This document shows positions 38,566 to 55,629 of a stretch of 64,000 nt of DNA, one piece after another (position 1 is the first letter of the stretch; every line of letters starts with the position of its first letter). This stretch comes from Eledone cirrhosa (lineage: Eukaryota): contig OZ024742.1 of assembly GCA_964016885.1 (NCBI GenBank), positions 359,848,001 to 359,912,000 on the forward strand. The letters are read 5' to 3'. A program made the translations under genes and the position numbers. The notes beneath the pieces are model-generated. The model was not told where the DNA came from. It saw nothing but the letters and a program-made list of their open reading frames with translations, and did not search any database.

Positions 38566-39869
38566 TTCTTCTGGTTTTATAATTTCACAAAGTTTTACCA
38601 ATAGAGAGAGAGTCGGTTTCTAACATAGACACAAGACTCTCTCATTGGAATTTACACAACATCAACTAGGTAGATATGTATGTCTGCATGCATGCATGTG
38701 TAGATATGGATGTTATTGTATGTGTGGATGTGTATGTTTTGAGTTGTATGTGTGCATGTGTATATGCTTTGTATCTGTACATGTGTATATGCAGTTATTA
38801 GATGCAACATTTTTGGAATGTTTTACATATTTTTACTGTTCCATTAATGGATTGTACTTGTAATTTCCTAACTAGTTGTGTTCTTTCTGTTCCTGTGAAG
38901 CCTAGCTTCTCAAGATTTGTATTGAGGCAGTTACTAACATATCCCAGTGCCCCAATAATCACAGGCATAAATCTGAAGGTGTAATCAGGGTGGAGTATCT
39001 GCAGATTTCTCATCAGTTCTGCATAAATATTCTCCTTTTCACTAATCTTTGATATTATATTGGCATCTGCTAGGCAGCTAATTTCTACAACTGTGCATGT
39101 TTTCTTCTCCCTGTCTCATATCATAATATCTGGTCTGTTATGTCTGCATTTTATTGGGGTTTTACTGGAACATTCCACAAGTACTCTTTCATATTATGTA
39201 CATGGATGTCTTCCACATTGTTGTAGCTTTTAATGTGTTTATCATCGGGGCTATCTTTTTTACGAACTGCATTGTACAGTGTTTTGGCCACTACATCATG
39301 CCTCATAGGTAAATAGTACCGCGATGACATCTTTGGGCAGCTGCTGATGACATGGGTGATATCCTCGATGTTAGTTCTGCAGAGTCTGCACTTGTTATCA
39401 CATCTAGGTGTTTTGCCTGCATCCCTATCTCTTTTGTGAATCAGGTATTTCGTACTAATCTCCTGTTCTTGGATTGCAAAAGCGTATCCTTCAAAGTGGG
39501 AGCCAATATAGCGGTTGTTGGTCCAAGATAGACTACTTTCCTTATCTATATTACTCTCACTCTGGAGCTTCCAGGCAACATATCCATGCATGATTTTTTG
39601 CTGATAGGCATGCAGTTTTCCATCCATGGATTCACTGCGATACTGCTGAGCGACATCCCTGGGTGTGAGTTTTTGATTACCACACAGGGAATATCTCTCA
39701 AGGAGTTCCTTCCCAACTCTCATGATCTTATCTGTTTCATGCAGATAGACTTGCTCAAGAAGCGGGCTCCTACGCTTCGAGGTTCGTAGATGTTGTCGGA
39801 GAGATATGATGCGACATTCAAATGTTGTCTGGACTGATGTTAGGCCTCTGCCTCCCTGCCTACGTTTCA
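38566..39869 (-). mobile_element. R4/Dong-like non-LTR element, 3' part (zinc knuckle and restriction-like endonuclease)
   Basis: GGRGL, MHG, AIQEQ, CRLC...HVISSC, RHD, NRPDI...VEIS and PVIIGALG; (TATG)n on both sides. Confidence 0.85.
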
Positions 39870-39974
39870 TGTATGTATGTATGTATGTATGTATGTATGT
39901 ATGTATGTATGTATGTATGTATGTATGTATGTATGTATGTATGTATGTATGTATGTATGTATGTATGTATGTAT

Positions 39975-40557
39975 GTCAGGTCACCAGTTGGTGTTACTGG
40001 TAACATGTATCCCAGTACAACCTGTCTCATGGTCGGGTCGTTGGCGACTAAACTGGCAACCCCACCAAGGTTTCTTGGTGAGGAGGGTGACTTTGGACAT
40101 CCTGCAGGACTAAAAACAAAACCTGTCAAAGGGCAAAGGAGCTCTTAAGAGTCAATGGCCATCCAAAATCACCGGGAGAGATGACCCCTTAGCCTTTGTC
40201 AAGGCAGAATTCTAGGAGAAGGAAAACTCTTATATAACACCTGCAACCCTGATGGTATCCAATGATGTTGACTTGTTCTTCTTTTTGGTAAATATCATTT
40301 TGGTTAAGAGAGTGGGACTGGCTTTGTGCAGTGCCTTTGCTCCCTATAAAAGCTTCACGGCACAGGCATTGCTTTATATCTGGTACCATGGGCCCAGCAC
40401 TATGTGTCAATAATTGTCACAAATGTAGTGTTTGTGCTAGAGTTTTTAAGTCGCTGGCTGGACTAAAAAGTCACACTCGTTCAGCGCATCGGTAGGGGTT
40501 CTCCTACATGGATATAAAGTAGTGGCCGTACTCGAAAACAAGTTGGCAGCCACCATG
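39975..40557 (+). mobile_element. RTE-derived non-autonomous element
   Basis: Near-identical to 27443-28052. Confidence 0.8.
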
Positions 40558-41474
40558 TATGTATGTATGTATGTATATATTTATATGTGTATGTTGAGAG
40601 AGATTGATAGAGAGAGAATGTTTAAATGTTTTAAAGGGAACTAGCAAGGGGAAGAATTGATTTAAATAAAACCCCATTTTTAAAACATACGCCCGGGGCT
40701 TGAATGTGTTATTCCACCGTACCCCTGCCCCTCCCACCCTTCAGCTTATTGTATTTTGCTAATCCATCTCTGGTGAAATTTTATTTTAAATCGTAGCATT
40801 CCCGCAACAATTAGTTTCCTTTAGACATTAAAAAACATTAAACATGACAAAAAAAGTACCTTACTAGAAATCTTATATGTTATAAAATAAATAGGATGGG
40901 ATGGGGTCTCAATATGTAAACAAAACGACTAATTCTGGTTTTTAAAAAGCAATAGAGACAACCTACAAAATTACCCATTTTTTAACCACCCATCACACCC
41001 CCACTACTACCTATTCCACCTCACCCACCCCCTATTATTTGGGACCCGGGAGTATCTCGCGGAATTCCTGGTGTTCATATTAAGATATCAATTGTAACTT
41101 TCAAGGGGAACAACTCTTAAGAGTATTTGCTTTTTTATTAAAGGGAGATAATATTTTTTTTTATTTTAGAATATAATTCAAGGGAAGCAATTTATATGAT
41201 GAATATGAAAAACATTTGACAACCTCCCGCTATGAATTTTTTTTTTTTCTTAATGTTGTGGCCACCGTCAGACATCCTTAGTCTCGGCAAAAACCAAGGG
41301 AATCAACTGAGACCGTTGTTTCCCATTTGTTGGTGGTTATCATGGTTGTATATCCACCGTGTTTCTGCTGAGACAAAAATAAGCTTAGGAAGGCTATCAA
41401 ATATTTTTCGTAAATACGTAGATACCCTAATAAAACACGTGTAAACATACACACACACACACACACACACACAT

Positions 41475-41551
<77 letters not shown>

Positions 41552-41891
41552 GTATAATAAACAATACGATATAATTACCTCATTACCAGAGGTTTCCCGA
41601 ATAAGACGAATACGAAAGAAACGTCCTCATTCGTTCGTCGGACAAGGCAATATAAAACAGTGAAATATTTGGAAAGTCTCCTCAAGAAATGCAAAAAAAA
41701 ATATATATATATAAATAAAAGTAATGCAATAGATATATAAAATATATAAAAAAATATAAGGAAATATAGTTAGGTGTGTGTATATGTATGTATATACACT
41801 CACAAATGTACATATGTATGTATGTACAAATGCGTGTGTATGGTGAAAATGTGTGCGTTATTTAAATTTTCAACGGAAACTTCAATACATA

Positions 41892-41922
<31 letters not shown>

Positions 41923-42001
41923 GCAGAGGTTATATTTAATTTGTTGGGATTCAACAAGCTTAATTCCGGGTATGTCAATATTTATTTATAAAACAAATCT
42001 G

Positions 42002-42067
42002 TATTTTATCTGATGAAAGCGCACCGTAATTTGCCTTGGTTGCCCTTGAAATATGTATAATAAAATA
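42002..42067 (+). ncRNA. Type I hammerhead ribozyme motif
   Basis: UAUUUUAU CUGAUGA AAGCGCACC...GGUUGCCCUU GAAA UAUGUA UA AUAAAAUA (8-bp stem I). Confidence 0.7.
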
Positions 42068-42098
42068 AATATGGTTTTATAAATATAGTTTCCATTTA

Positions 42099-42164
<66 letters not shown>

Positions 42165-42540
42165 CAAGGTTTAGCAAGTAATGAAAAAGTTTCAAGATTA
42201 ATTTTAAAAAATTGACTTTACCTACTATAGTTACCTTTACCGATCGGTTTCGAATCTCAAAAATAAACGGAGACCATACGGCCTTCGTTGCAAAGAGAGA
42301 TTCTCGTCAGAAGGTTCTTTTCATTCGAAGAATATAAAATTCTTGAATTTAAATTACGAACTAGCGCTATCCAAAACTGTTCCCGAGATGAGAGTGAATG
42401 ATGTGGAATCAATTTTTTCAAAAGCCGAAGTAAAGATAGAGGCAGAGGGAGGTAGGTCAAATCGGCCGCCACTATCACTAGCAGCAGTCGGAACGACCAA
42501 ATTTTTTCTCAACATAGATGAGGATATATATATATATATA

Positions 42541-42735
42541 TAGTTATGAAGTAAACAACATAAGATAATTATTTCATTTGCCAATGGTTTCTTGAAAACA
42601 GATACATATGTCTCTCTTCATTCATCAGAAGAAATTAAATAAATATTTATTCTGATGACAGGCATAAATATCTGTTTCAAGAAACCACTGGTAAATGAAA
42701 TAATTATCTTATGTTGTTTACTACATAACTAAAAA
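42541..42735. mobile_element. Small fold-back with hammerhead motifs
   Basis: Inverted arms; UUUAUU CUGAUGA...GAAA CCACUGG UA AAUGAA at 42646-42699. Confidence 0.6.
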
Positions 42736-42834
42736 GCTCTGTAGCCTACATAGAGCACTCTCTTTTCCTTTACCTTTCTTACGGAAATACTTCATATATA
42801 TATGTATATATATACATATATATATATATGTATA

Positions 42835-46720
<3,886 letters not shown>

Positions 46721-48059
46721 CGGAGGAAATGTGGTAAGGAACCAGGTGGACCATAACGCACCAAAGTACTCAATACTTGGGGTAGTAGAGTGGATAATAG
46801 GAACGAGTAGGACCCCGACGGCTGAACTCAAGCCGTTTCGACGGCTAATTCTGGACTAAATGAACATTTTTATCATGGTATTTGAATAGCCGAGCTTCTC
46901 AAGGGGTAATTCCATATATGGTAAATGTGATTGTTACAAGGATTGGTCAAAAGTTTGTTGTTGAGACATAATAATTCTATCATGGCAATTAGTGGAAGGA
47001 AGGTGTAGCTGAACCTGCCAGTAGGAGAAAGAGGGAGAGGGGGTGGAGGAGACCCAGTCATGCGTTGATAGTGCCGACTACAGCTGGGCATGGGGTCAAG
47101 GAAGATACTAGGAAGGGGAGGGGGAGGAAGTCGAAACAATAAGTAAAACAATATGGGGTAAATATATAGAAAAATACCGAGAGTGTTAAAAAGCAATTAA
47201 ATGTAAAAAAAAAAAATTTCTGGTTACTACGACTTAAGGACAGCTATCAAGTCTCTCACTGGTCCTGCTAGACTAAAGAATGGTTTACTAGGTGGGACGG
47301 AATTATAAAGAGACCCTTTTAAGAGGTATAAGTAATAAACCAAATATATCTTACGGTGACGGGTCAACAAGTGAGGGGCAAAATACTAAAGAAACTACCA
47401 CGAAATAATAAATAAAGGTGTCTACTCCAGGCACAAGGCCATCAACCACCCAATGCAAAAAAAATAAACTAATACGAAATAATAATTCAGAATCCCGAAA
47501 AAGAATACTAATACTATCTCTAAGGGTGCCGCCACGAAAAAAAAATACTAATGCAAACTATATAAATGCTCGTACGAACTATATGTAAAATTTGATACGG
47601 AAAATTAATTCAGAATTCCCCCCCCTCCAAAAAAAATAAACACTGAAATACGAGAAATTAAAGCCACGATACCACTAAGAAATATAGAAAGCACGGAAAA
47701 GTGGCAACGATCGGATAAGAAGGCAAGTATCCGGGGTCTAACACATCTGCTATAAAAAGCGGAGTCGGCCAAATCTATCATAGAATAGGGGAAGGGGGTG
47801 GGGGTACTGAGGTTAAAAAGGACCGAGGGGCTGCCTCGGGTGGGCGAGAAAAGGAAAAGGACGACGACAAAGAAAGAGGACTGGGGTAGAAGGACTAGGG
47901 AGGGATGGGGGGAAGAAGGAAATATAGAAGAAGCGATAAAAAGAGATAAAAGAAGATCTTACGTCTACCTTTGCAAGCAGGGGTTACCCATTACAAAATC
48001 GGCAAGTGGGGTGTTATAGCCCTAGTCTACCCCCCCCCCCCCGGGTCATTATGGGGTTT

Positions 48060-50162
48060 GAGGGCGAGGTAAATCCTACGCAATCTCTTTCTTGTTTAGG
48101 AGTTGGTCCGTCGAAAACAGCATTTGTAAAGTTTCCTCCGAGCATAAATTGCACGGACGGCGTCCTCCCGTGTAAGAGTTGGCTCTGGACAGTAAGCTCC
48201 AAGTGAGATCATAGGTAATGTTGTTATCCTTGAGGTCCCATATGTGGCCCGAAAGTGTAGTGGCGTGACACCGGGCCGGGTTTCGGAGGTATGTCTGTGT
48301 TGGTATAGCCGGGTCTTGAAGTCACATGCGGTTAATCCTATATAAGCGCTTTGTTGGAGGTGTCCGTCCTCATGTTGCACTGGTAGATCACATTACGATC
48401 TCTGCATCTGTTGTCGAGGGGGCAAATGGATCCATCAGGACAGTTGCACCTCCTGGTCGGCTCTCCACTGCTATTTAGATTATTTCTTCCATAGAGGTTG
48501 AGTTTTTTGTTGTTAGAGGAGACGATGTTTTGTGCAAAGTTTGGTGTGGTGCTGTAAGAAAGTTTGATGGTATTTTTGTTAATTATGTTGTGGTAGCGGT
48601 GTTGTAGTGGGAAGTGTTTTTCAATGAGCCTAAAGAAGATTTTCCCGATAGGAGTTGTCACCTCGGCGTTGTGGGGAGGATTGAACCATGTTATATTGCG
48701 TGAGCGGCGGTGTCGCCTGCTGGTTCCGCTAATGGAAGCTGGACAGTAGAATATTTCCTCCCGGAAACCACTCCGCTTGGGGGCCTGGTTGTAATAAGGC
48801 GCATGTTCCTCGAATATCTGCTCATTAGCTGACAAACGGGATATGCGGAGGGAGATGTTTTTAACCAGGTTATTGGTGATGTTCCTAGGATGGTTTGACC
48901 GGCGGTGGATGTAGTGCAGGTTGTCGTTAGGTTTCCTGTATTGGTAGTACAGGTCATTATCGAGGTCAAGGGTAACGTCTAGGAAGTTTACTCGGGTCAG
49001 GGACGTTTGTAGGGTTATTTTAAATCCTCAGTCGCGGATGAAGCTGATTAATTGTTTACGGACCCGATCTGTACTACTGGGGTTGTACCCTTTAAGGGTA
49101 AGGAGCCCATCATCACGGTACAATCCACCGCCGAATGCAGGAAACATATCGGTGAGTTTGGCTATTAGGAATAATCCTATAAGATCTGTGACCTCAGCCG
49201 AATCCGTTGCGCCCATGCTGACGTCGAAGGGTGAGTCGGGAGCTCTCTTTATCCATTTGGAATTGTCGAAGAGTAAGACTGTCTTCCTGGCGTGAAGGAT
49301 GATGTTTCTTTCCTGGTCGGTGATGGGCACAAGTGCTTCGGCAAAGTCCAAGGCAGCCGTAAGTAGCGGTAAGGTGATTGAAGCATAGTAACTCTCTATG
49401 TCAAACTGGATGAATTTAGTGTCTCGTTTGTCCTCCATATTGCTGAACCATGAGATTACTTCCTGGGTGTTGACCCATAGGCTAAGTCTGGCGTGTTGCT
49501 TAACTTTTGGTATAACGCAGTCTAGGATATTTTTGCTGATTCTCCCTATGTCGGACTTCGTTGGGTTTATAAGCCTGATAGAAGGTTTACGGTCGAAATC
49601 GGATTTGTGGTCCTTCAGTGTGAAGTAGGGTGTCCGTGGGTCTAGGGGTTCCGTGCGGTCGGCGACCCCGAGGCTGGAGGTAATTTGTTGTCCATCTCGA
49701 TTTATGTCATCGATGCATGAGTGGTTAGCCTTTTTATAGGTGGAGTTTAGGCTGATCCTGATCAGTGTGTGGTATCTGTCGGGGTTGACAAAGTAGAGGT
49801 TACCAGTTTTATCCGAGTGCACCATGATGTCATTGTTGTTATCATACTCTGTTAAGTTGCTACGGAGTTTTTGTAGGAATCGGTTGTGTCTGGGTTTGAA
49901 TTTAATGTTCTTGACCAGTTGGAAAAGGTCATTCTCGAAGGGTGAGAGCATAGGGTTCGGAGGGGGAGATTTGTAGGTAATAAATCCGAATCTCTCCTTG
50001 GTACCGAAGTCCTGATTGTCGCAATATCTGTCGTAGAAAAAAGTTCTCCATCTAAGTCTTTTCGCAAATAGATCGATTTTTTTGCGTGAGCATCCGAAGG
50101 TAAAGTTTTTTCGGTGGGACTGGGATGTTCTTAGTAGAGAAGTCGATGTTTTGTTTTCGCAT
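48060..50162 (-). pseudogene. PLE RT and C-terminal GIY-YIG ORF, frameshifted
   Basis: FSTKNIPVP, SDKT, FDIESYYASI, MGATDSAEV, YRDDGL, NFLDVTLDL, WFNPP, CNC...CPL...C, YIGLT...FKTRLYQH. Confidence 0.88.
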
Positions 50163-50739
50163 GGTGCGGGTGAAATAACTTGAGCTTAGCGGAAAAGTCT
50201 GGATACGGCGTGGTAGGGTCGGAAAGTGCTCTACTACGGGGATAGGAGCTAGATAACGGAGGAAATGTGGTAAGGAAGCAGGTGGACCATAACGCACCAA
50301 AGTACTCAATACTTAGGGTAGTAGAGTGGGTAATAGGAACGAGTAGGTCCTCGACGGCTGAGCTCAAGCCGTTTCGACGGCTAATTCTGGACTAAATGAA
50401 CATTTTTATCCTGGTATTTGAATAGCCGAGCTTCTCAAGGGGTAATTCCATATATGGTAAATGTGATTGTCACAAGGATTGGTCAAAAGTTTGTTGTTGA
50501 GACATAATAATTCTATCATGGCAATTAGTGGAGTGGACGGGGTAGCCGAACCTGCCAGTAGGAGAAATAGGGAGAGGGGGTGGAGGAGACCCAGTCATGC
50601 GTTGATAGTGCTGACTACAGCTGGGCATGGGGTCAAGGAAGATACTAGGGAGGGGGAGGGGGAAGTCGAAACAATAAGTAAAACAATATGGGGTAAATAT
50701 ATAGAAAAATACCGAGAGTGATAAAAAGCAATTAAATGT

Positions 50740-50770
<31 letters not shown>

Positions 50771-51511
50771 TTACTACGACTTAAGGACAGCTATCAAGTC
50801 TCTCACTGGTCCTGCTACACAAATTTTACATATACTTCGTACGAGCATTTATGTAGTTTGCACTAGAATTTTTGTTTCGTGGCGGCACCCTTAGAGATAG
50901 TATTAGTATTCTTTTTCGGGATTCTGAATTATTATTTCGTATTAGTTTATTTTTTTTGCACTGGGTGGTTGCTGGCCTTGTGCCTGGGGTAAAAACCTTT
51001 ATTTATTATTTCGTGGTAGTTTCTTTAGTATTTTTGCCCTTCACTTGTTGACCCGTCACCGTAAGATATACTCGGTTTATTACTTATACCTCTTAAAAGG
51101 GTCTCTTTATAATTCCGTCCCACCTAGTAAACCATTCTTTAGTCTAGCAGGACCAGTGAGAGACTTGATAGCTGTCCTTAAGTCGTAGTAAACAGAAATT
51201 TTTTTTTTTTTTTACATTTAATTGCTTTTTAACACTCTCGGTATTTTTCTATATATTTACCCCATATTGTTTTACTTATTGTTTCGACTTCCTCCCCCTC
51301 CCCCTCCCTAGTATCTTCCTTGACCCCATGCCCAGCTGTAGTCGGCACTATCAACGCATGACTGGGTCTCCTCCACCCCCTCTCCCTCTTTCTCCTACTG
51401 GCAGGCTCAGCTACCCCCTCCCTCCACTAATTGCCATGATAGAATTATTATGTCTCAACAACAAACTTTTGACCAATCCTTGTGACAATCACATTTACCA
51501 TATATGGAATT

Positions 51512-51607
51512 ACCCCTTGAGAAGCTCGGCTATTCAAATACCAGGATAAAAATGTTCATTTAGTCCAGAATTAGCCGTCGAAACGGCTTGAGCTCAGCCG
51601 TCGGGGT
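51512..51607 (+). ncRNA. Type I hammerhead in the PLE-A pseudo-LTR, U3:A8 core, GUC site
   Basis: ACCCC UUGAGAA G..CGGCUA...UAGCCG.C GAAA CGGCU-UGAGCUC-AGCCG UC GGGGU; minus-strand copies at 46812-46907 and 50348-50443. Confidence 0.8.
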
Positions 51608-51676
51608 CCTACTCATTCATATATATATATATATATATATATATAGAAGTGGTAACGCAACAGTTAGTTCACCATA

Positions 51677-51716
51677 CCGAGAACAATTGTTTCACCTTCG
51701 CGGATCTTCAGCTCGG
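51677..51716 (-). ncRNA. Minimal type I hammerhead
   Basis: CCGAG CUGAAGA UCC-GCGAA-GGU GAAA CAAUUG UU CUCGG; partial inverted partner at about 54200-54254. Confidence 0.75.
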
Positions 51717-51830
51717 GATGTGTATATATGTATATATATATATAGAAGTGGTTACATAACAGTTAGTTAGGTGAACTAACTGTTATGTAACCACTTCTAC
51801 CTAACTTGTCCCATGGACTGAATGCTCCAC

Positions 51831-51921
<91 letters not shown>

Positions 51922-52482
51922 ACGGCGAATAAACAGATAAAATAAAAATGCGATCATACACCAAAACTATACACACACGCAAACGCATGCGCAGAGAAGA
52001 AGAAAACAAAAATTTAAAAAATTTAAAAATAAATAAACAGATAAAATAAAGATGGCGTAGACATACAATACAACAGGGGGAACATGATAGTACCACTAAT
52101 GATGTTACAGATGTGCAACGAAAGAATTTTGTTATACTATATACAACTATATTATATCTGTATTTTTGACCGTTGGTCAGTCAATGATAAACATTGAAGA
52201 CCAAATGAATTAACTGTGGAGATATAAAAGATACAGAAGCGAAAACCTACCAAACTGTGAGTGTGTTCTGTTATTATTTCTGGCAATATTGTTACAACAA
52301 TATCACCCTCCTCAAGTATAACAATATGTATATATATATACATACATATATATATACATATATATATAACGAAGGAAGTGTGGTAAGGAACCAGGTGGAC
52401 CAAAGTCCAGAAATAGCCGTCGAATCGGCTTGAGCTCTGCCGTCGGGGTCTTGAATATTTTCCTATTACATATATATATATA

Positions 52483-52544
<62 letters not shown>

Positions 52545-52549
52545 CATAT

Positions 52550-54185
52550 ACTCTAGTTCCTGAACAATTAGAAGACCCCTTAACCCTGATAATGTACTCC
52601 CGCTACGTAGATGATATAAACAGCGTAGTTAAGACACCCCCACTAGAGAACAGTCAGGAACTAGAGAAAAACACAATGGAAAGCATCCAGCAAATAGCAA
52701 ACTCCATCCACCAGAGCATTAGAGTTAATATAGACTACCCAAGTAAACACCCCAACCAGTGATTACCTGTACTAGACACAGAGCTCTGGTTAGATACCAT
52801 TAACAACAAAAAACAAAACCTCCATTCCCATTATGCCAAACCCATGACTTCCAAACATCTGATCCACCGAAACTCGGCCATTTCGGACCATACCAAAATC
52901 AACATACTGATTGCGGATTTGGTACGGGTGATGAGAAATGTGTCCCGCATGTGCAACCCCGAAGAACTAGAGAGACACATACAACACTTCATCCACCGTA
53001 TGCAGTTCTCTGGCTACAATCAGAGAGATAAAATCAGAGTGTATAGAGGAGCCAGAACCAAATGGGAAAAAATGGGAAATAATGACATAAATGGGACCTG
53101 CCCCTTGTATAGGAGCAAATTTTGGAATAGAATAGAAAGAACTAGGAACAAGGCTAATAGAATAAACTCATGGTATGATAGCAATAAATACCAGAGTGTA
53201 ATGTTCATCAATACAACCCCTAGAGGTGAATTAGCTTACAAATTTAGAAGGGCCCTAAATAAACATAAACTCAATATTAAGATAGTAGAAAGACCAGGTA
53301 CCTCCGTAAAAACACTTATGAGCAAGACATACCCTTTTCAAAGACCCTCATGTATAGATAAGAAATGTATAACCTGTAAAATAAGACCCCATATTAACTG
53401 TAAAACTAGAAATGTAGTGTATAGCATAAGATGTACTGAAGGACAATGTAGAGACAAAAATATAGTGTACATAGGTGAGACAGCTCGTAGTGTAGGGGAA
53501 CGGATAAATGAACACTGGCGAGACCTTCAAGATAATAAAGAATCATCTGTACTCTACCAACATGCTAAGATAGAACACAAGGGTAAATTAGAGAACATAG
53601 AAATAAAAATAGAATCTACACACAGAAAAGACGCAATGTTTAGACAAATTACAGAGGCAATAAACATAAAAGAATTACAACCAAAATTAAATAGAAAATA
53701 TGAGTGGAACAGCAACACCACAACTTACAATTAAGGACAAAATGAAAACACACACACACATAGAACAAACAACCAACCAGTAACATGTAAATAAACAAAT
53801 AAATAAATGAACATAAACACACACAGACACCCGGATGTGGGGCATGCGCAGACTGAGCACACAACACACACACAGAAACAAAATGGCGTAGGACAGAACA
53901 AAGGAGAGGCACAGAAACAAAGAAAGAAATCCCCAGTCACTGAAGAGGTCACAGAGTGTGTGACGAAAGAACTATGACTATATATAAACAACTATCTGGT
54001 TGTGGAACCAACCAACCAACCAGAAATTTATAAATTTATAAATTTATAAATATATAATAAATTGAAGTGAAAGCAACTGGTGCGTGTGTTTCTTATTGGC
54101 AACATGACCCTCCCAAAGTATAACAATATCGGTTTCAACACACGATTTCAGATAAAGAATCTTGCTAAACAAATTCAGAAACGAA
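52550..54185 (+). mobile_element. Penelope-like element family B, 5'-truncated
   Basis: [13 protein letters not shown], Cys linker CIDKKCITC, GIY-YIG NVVYSIRC...YIGET. One frame to 53734 with a single TGA at 52760. A diverged 3'UTR relative lies at 51920-52325. Confidence 0.92.
53935..53979 (+). ncRNA. Minimal type I hammerhead in the PLE-B 3'UTR
   Basis: AGUCA CUGAAGA G GUCACA-GAGUG-UGUGAC GAAA GAAC UA UGACU. Confidence 0.75.
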
Positions 54186-54257
54186 ATATATATATATATA
54201 AGGTGAAACAATTGTTCTCGGTATGGTGAACTAACTGTTGTGTTACCACTTCTGAAC

Positions 54258-54636
54258 ACACTCGATATGCAAATTAGGCTGCTCAGCCGTTAATTTTCAT
54301 AAGGAAAGTATATACTTTCGAACGTTCAACCATCTGGCAGAAGGGTATACGGTGCTGATGATAGCTAAGAAGCTTGAAACTAGTACATCGTTCCTGTGTC
54401 AGTGTTGAACAAAAAGGTGACGTGGTTGCCTTAACACCGTACGGCATAAATTCAGGCTGTCAGTTTGTTTACAAACGGACAAAGCGGGCGTTATAATAAA
54501 CGCCCGCTAAACTGATACGTACATATATATATGTGTACCTGTATGTATATATATATGTATATATATATATATATATATATGCATGCTACTGTACGTCTGT
54601 ATACATATATGTATGTACGTATACATACATACTTAC

Positions 54637-54640
<4 letters not shown>
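54258..54640 (+). mobile_element. Further plus-strand monomer of the hammerhead array family
   Basis: Matches 46228-46662; hammerhead at 54349-54391. Confidence 0.85.
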
Positions 54641-54696
<56 letters not shown>

Positions 54697-54799
54697 GAGC
54701 ACCAAATACTAATTTTTTTTTTTTAATTTATAGAAGTTTTAACAACATTACCACACAGAATTAGCGTGGCTTTTATTATTATTATTGATAAAGAGAACG

Positions 54800-55190
54800 A
54801 TCGTGAATACAAGCGGCCGAAATGGGGTTCCTCCAAAGGGTCTTTGGAGTAACGTTACTTGACAGAGTGGGTCGCTCGGAGATGAGAGAGTCACTCCAGG
54901 TAGAGCCGCTACTTTTCTCAGTTGAGAGATCACAGCTCTGATACTATGGGCATGTGGTTAGAATGTCTCAGGAAAGAATTGCTGGACAGATTTTAGAGAG
55001 AAAAACCAACAGGCAGGAGACCCAGGGGTAGACCCTGAGTAAGATGGTTGGATAACATCCATGAGCTTGGCTGGTCTTGCTTAGGGATTCAGCGGGATCA
55101 GTTGGAGACGGTTTCTTCTAGGAGGACCCGCTGGAAGGTATGTTTGAGGACTCTGCCCCCATGAACTTTTCAAGAATAAGTGGGCGAAGA
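54800..55190 (+). mobile_element. Old RTE 3' fragment
   Basis: SQL*YYGHVVRMSQERIAGQILERKPTGRRPRGRP*VRW. Confidence 0.7.
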
Positions 55191-55629
55191 AGATTTTTTT
55201 CTAAATTTCTGTTAAATAATTTTGTCGCGAGGTACTTGTTGAATTCTCGGGTTCCACCGAGATCGACATATTGTTTTTCTTGAAAAGCTACATATTAATG
55301 TTTACAGAAAATATGAAATATATGGAGAGTGATCCCTTACAACTTGGGAGTCAAGCCACGTCTTGTTAGAAGCTGTTGCCAATATCCTTAGATCGACAGT
55401 AATTCAAAGAGCCGGGATTGTCCCATACTGTATCACGCTGAATCTCCCCGAGAATTAGGGTAAGTGTATATGTGTCTTTGAAATGCTCAGCCATGAGCAG
55501 GATGTTTCGTTAATCGAATGACTGGAACATTCATCATTGAAACTGACGGAAATCCATCCCAGATGTATGTGCAAAGTTGTTGGAAACCTAGCTTCAAGTA
55601 ATATTGATTCTGTTTAATAATAATACGAG

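Larger units (their letters stand above)
46719..51617 (-). mobile_element. Penelope-like element family A, more than unit length, with pseudo-LTRs and an inverted 3' copy
   Basis: Direct repeats at 46719-47270 and 50255-50817 (offset 3536 bp); inverted arm 50820-51617; both outer ends in (TA)n. Confidence 0.9.

Noticed and set aside
52760-52762. In-frame TGA in the PLE-B ORF as selenocysteine
   Set aside because: It lies in HPNQ*LPVLD, a position normally basic rather than Cys; CGA-to-TGA decay is the simpler explanation, and I recognised no SECIS element.
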